Shown here: positions 60,571 to 64,000 of the stretch, piece by piece
Position numbering within the stretch: position 1 is the first letter of the stretch
Layout: each line of letters opens with the position of its first letter
Assembly (NCBI GenBank): GCA_965287045.1
Contig: OZ336891.1
Coordinates: 38,936,001 to 39,000,000 of the forward strand
DNA from: Carcharhinus amblyrhynchos
Taxonomy: Eukaryota
Length of the DNA: 64,000 nt
Reading direction: 5' to 3'
Program-made: the position numbers and the translations under genes
Notes under the pieces: generated by a model
What the model was told of the DNA's origin: nothing
Databases searched by the model: none
What the model saw: the letters and a program-made list of their open reading frames with translations, nothing else

Positions 60571-61763
60571 CCTCATCCATGCGCTGTAATGTTCTATGTT
60601 CTATGTGCAAATTTCCTCTTTAGGTCTCTAATTAATACATTTCTTTTCCTACTCTTAATCTATATGCACTTAATTCTGTCGTGATAAAGTACAGTTCAAC
60701 AGAACATACTGTCCACTATTTGAGTAAGGAAGCTATAGAACACTTGTAGGAGACTGTATAGGAGAGACAAGTTACCATCATTGGGCAAGCTGTGGATGGG
60801 GCCTATGGAAAACAGTCAGCTGAAATCATAGATGATGGTATCCTCATACCTAATCCTCCTTCACACATTCCCCACCTGCCTTACCCAATAAGGTCTTATG
60901 GTTTACAAGCTGCGGATGGCTTAGGCAGTAGAAGATAACCTAATGATTCATAAATGCTTTATTGTGATACACTAATTCAGTGCAACTACTAATTTCCTCT
61001 CTTCCGTACCATATCCTCCATCTACCGAACAGCCACTCCCAACTGAGGGGAGGAAACTTTTAAATACAATCTTCAATGAGCATCAGCAACTCAGTTTAAT
61101 CTGAAGAAAGATTTGGTTTATTCTTAAAGGTACTTCTAATGTTGCCAGATTCCTTTTCTTTTAAGTGATAAACATATTTTGACAAAGGTGCACAGATATA
61201 AATACAGAGAAAAAAACTTTTAGATTCCCTTACAAAGTAAGACATCTTTCTTCTAGAATTTTCAACAATTTTACTGCAGACGTATTCCTCTCAGTGAAAC
61301 AATCCAATGATTGATTTGTCCCTCAGTTTATTCGATTAGTTTAAATAGTTATTGATTTATCTAAACTAGGAATCTGAAAGTTGATGATTAGTGTCTACCC
61401 ACATTAACTTAGAGATTTCTTTCCTCTTTAACAATTGCTTTAAACTGACTACGTCCACCTGAAGCTTTTTCTCATTTACACTTTTTTTCAGAATGTCTAT
61501 TATGCCACAATTATCGGTTATCCATACAACATTCTATTGGTATTGTTCTTTCAGTTTCCTTTTTAGACTGCATTTCTTCCAAGATGTTCAACAAATGGAA
61601 TGCCATATCAACAGCATTAATGAGAGCAAGAGTTTCAGCGGCTAATTTGCTCTTCACCACTCTCCTTATTGTCTTTGCCTCCCATGCCAGCGGACATGTT
61701 TACCTATTCTCTTGCTCAAGAAATATTATAAATCCTCCTGCACTGGAAAATCCAATCGCCAGA

Positions 61764-62005
61764 GTAATAGGAAATGGAGTCAATGAATATTTCTTGGGCT
61801 AGAGGGAGGTTTGTAGTGGAGTTCCCCAGGGGTCAGTATCGGATCCCTTGCTTTTCTTGATGTATATTAACGATCTAGATCTTGGCGTGCAGGGGACAAT
61901 TTCAAAGTTTGCAGATGACACAAAACTTGGAAGCATTGTAAACTGTGAAGAGAACCGTGCAGAATTTCAAAAAGACATAAACAAGTTGGTGGAATGGATA
62001 GATAG
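61764..62005 (+). mobile_element. Internal CR1 RT fragment sitting where the Copia RT should be
   Basis: [39 protein letters not shown]. Truncated at both ends. Confidence 0.85.
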
Positions 62006-62880
62006 CACCCCCCGCCCCCCCTCACCTCCCCAGTATCTGCAAGGAATTTTTTGCATTACTTCCCATGCCAAAGCCATTTCTAACTTGCAGAGCCTGGCTG
62101 ATCTGCCTGTTTTCATTTCATCAATTTTCTTCTGCACAAGCTGTTGCTGAACGAATGTTCTGCTGTGGTGTGCATCATGATAATATTTAAATCCTTACAT
62201 TTGTCCCTAAACTCTTCATTTGCAAATTCACCTCCATTATCTGTTAAGAATTTTGTTGGTGATTCAAGGCCTGGTCAACCTACTTTTCCATGATCTTATT
62301 CACTATTATCCTTCTGTCCTTGTTGTTTATTATGGTAAATACGCTGAACCTGGTTGTCATATCTACAAAATGTAGCAAATAAATATTTTAATCTTTGTTT
62401 CAAACCTTTAGGTTCATGGCTATTAACTGGTTAAATCCCAAGGCTAATGAGACACTTACAAATGGTGTCATCTTCTGATTTATTAAATTTCACATTGTAA
62501 TGTGATTTGTTCTACAAGGGGTTCATATTGTTTATCCACAACTCTAGCATCCTTTAACAGGAGCTTTAACTTTTGTGATTAAGGGTGAGCAAACTGTTAT
62601 TGCAATTTCCAGATAATTCTCTTCTTGTTAGCCAGACTCTTATTGCCTGAGATCAATAATACCTCTTGAATGGAGACTCCTAGTTTCCTCAACAGAATAC
62701 AATAAGCTGCAAATTCACCACTTTACCAAATATAAATCCTTTGCTGTTCTCCATGTTCAAATGCATCTTTGTTTTCTCATTGAGGATTTACTTAGCAATA
62801 ATGGTAGATCACTGGGAACCATATCAGTGCTAATGAAATGGCACAATTCTGAAATTTCAAACTACTCCCTTTAAAAATGT

Positions 62881-63679
62881 GGGGCACCATTTTCCCCAAA
62901 AAGTTATTTTCTGGATGAGCTTAGTGAAATGAACTTACGCCACTCTGTGCAACATTGAGGCCATCAGGCTAACGACACCATTGTGGGACAGAGGCCTAAT
63001 CCCACTCAAGAGGCTGGCATCAGACTGCTCAGAGGGCCATTGGGCATATGCTATCTCCAGTATACTGGGAGATCTGTACTGGGAGATCAGTTGCTATGCC
63101 TCCAGCCAACATCGCCAGCTTCACTATGGCCAGTCCCAATCTCTGGCCTACCCTTGTCTCCAATTGCCCACAACAGCTTCCACCCACCTTCCCCCTTCTC
63201 CTATCACTGGCCTGGTCTGGCTCTGCCTCCATCTGGCCGTTGTCCCTGTGAGGCCCTGCCCCTGGGCACTGCTAGCGTACCAGGCTGACAGTACCTGATG
63301 CCAAGTTGGAAGTATCAGGGTTCTACACTGGCAATGCCAGGCTTGCACTGCCCAAGGCGCAATGTCTTCTCTCCCCCATTCTCCCAGGAGGCCTCAATGG
63401 CCTCCACTCCCAGCAGCGATCCCCGCTGGTGTGAACTCTCCATCAGCTGGGTCAGAAACACATGAACCCAGATGATACCATTCGCGCTCGCTAAATAGAT
63501 TAAAATGATGGTATGAATATTTAAATCAGTTTCACACAGCTGTTCACATCATAAGTAATGGCCTAGGAAATTTGTGACCCATCGGATATCAGTCGCAAGT
63601 CCTGTTTTTGGCTTCCTGCTTAAATTTCCCAGTCTGCTACACTACTTAGCCAGCACAGCGAGCTGGGAAAATTGCGTCC
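62881..63679. mobile_element. Non-autonomous TIR element (Harbinger-type MITE) inserted in Copia
   Basis: Ends GGGGCACCATTTTCCC / GGGAAAATTGCGTCC. GC-rich interior related to 6190-7194. Confidence 0.65.
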
Positions 63680-64000
63680 AGTAATGTTTATTGCCACAAA
63701 TCAAAAGCAGGTACTGCTTTCATAGTGACTCTCCTTCTACTTGTTTTGTCAAATGTTTCCAAATAACAGTTTCACCATCGACCCCACACACTGTTGAGGT
63801 ACAGCCACTATATAGTACAGCACAATTGAATGAATCGACAACTGAGCTACTCATAGGCTGACATATGGTTTTCTGTCACTAATACAATACTTTCTTGCCA
63901 TTCATCCTTACCATCCTCATCATCAGAACCATCTTTTTTCTGAGTTGCTTCAAATATTTGATTCCTAGCTTTTGGACAAGTCCTTATATTATGAGATTAA

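Larger units (their letters stand above)
61070..64000 (-). mobile_element. Decayed Ty1/Copia LTR retrotransposon (GalEa-like): PR, IN, RNase H; RT missing
   Basis: PR NCAVLYSGCTSTVCG (about 63830-63785); IN LHFVDMTTRFS..KFLTDNGGEFANEEFRD..NAKNSLQ (62400-62030); RH GGFIIFL..PLAWEAKTIRRVVKSKLAAETLAL..MDNR..SVNEKKLQVDVVSLKQ..MWVDTNHQLSD, stop at 61230. PPT-like AAAAGAAAAGGAA before TG at 61147. IN before RH is the Copia order. Confidence 0.85.

Noticed and set aside
1-64000. Prokaryotic-style systems (operons, CRISPR arrays, defence islands), rRNA or true tRNA genes
   Set aside because: The sequence is intron-rich vertebrate DNA. No regularly spaced repeat-spacer array was seen, and the tRNA-like motifs are SINE heads.

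Overview
This is eukaryotic, repeat-rich vertebrate DNA, most likely a shark (inferred from the CR1/HER1-like LINEs, tRNA-derived SINEs and Harbinger-type MITE families), so most entries in the ORF track are noise or decayed transposons. The one host gene is on the minus strand: six coding exons (48332-48236, 24777-24415, 21727-21587, 15767-15628, 13114-13010, 3558-3459) of a farnesoid X receptor. They splice by canonical GT-AG sites into one uninterrupted 315-codon frame covering the N-terminus, both C4 zinc fingers, the hinge and LBD helices 1-3. Diagnostic residues point to NR1H5 (FXR-beta), not NR1H4. The remaining LBD exons lie beyond coordinate 1, and the promoter could not be located. 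Introns hold nested decayed elements: two Gypsy elements (one split by a solo LTR, one in head-to-tail tandem sharing an LTR), a Ty1/Copia remnant, a fragmented hAT transposase, Harbinger remnants and MITEs, CR1, a second CR1/L2-type LINE, Rex1/Babar, SINEs and Penelope-type ends with decayed hammerhead motifs. Several locally templated inverted or direct duplications look like DNA-repair scars. I found no convincing novel multi-gene system. Exon coordinates are exact; most repeat boundaries are approximate and read by eye.
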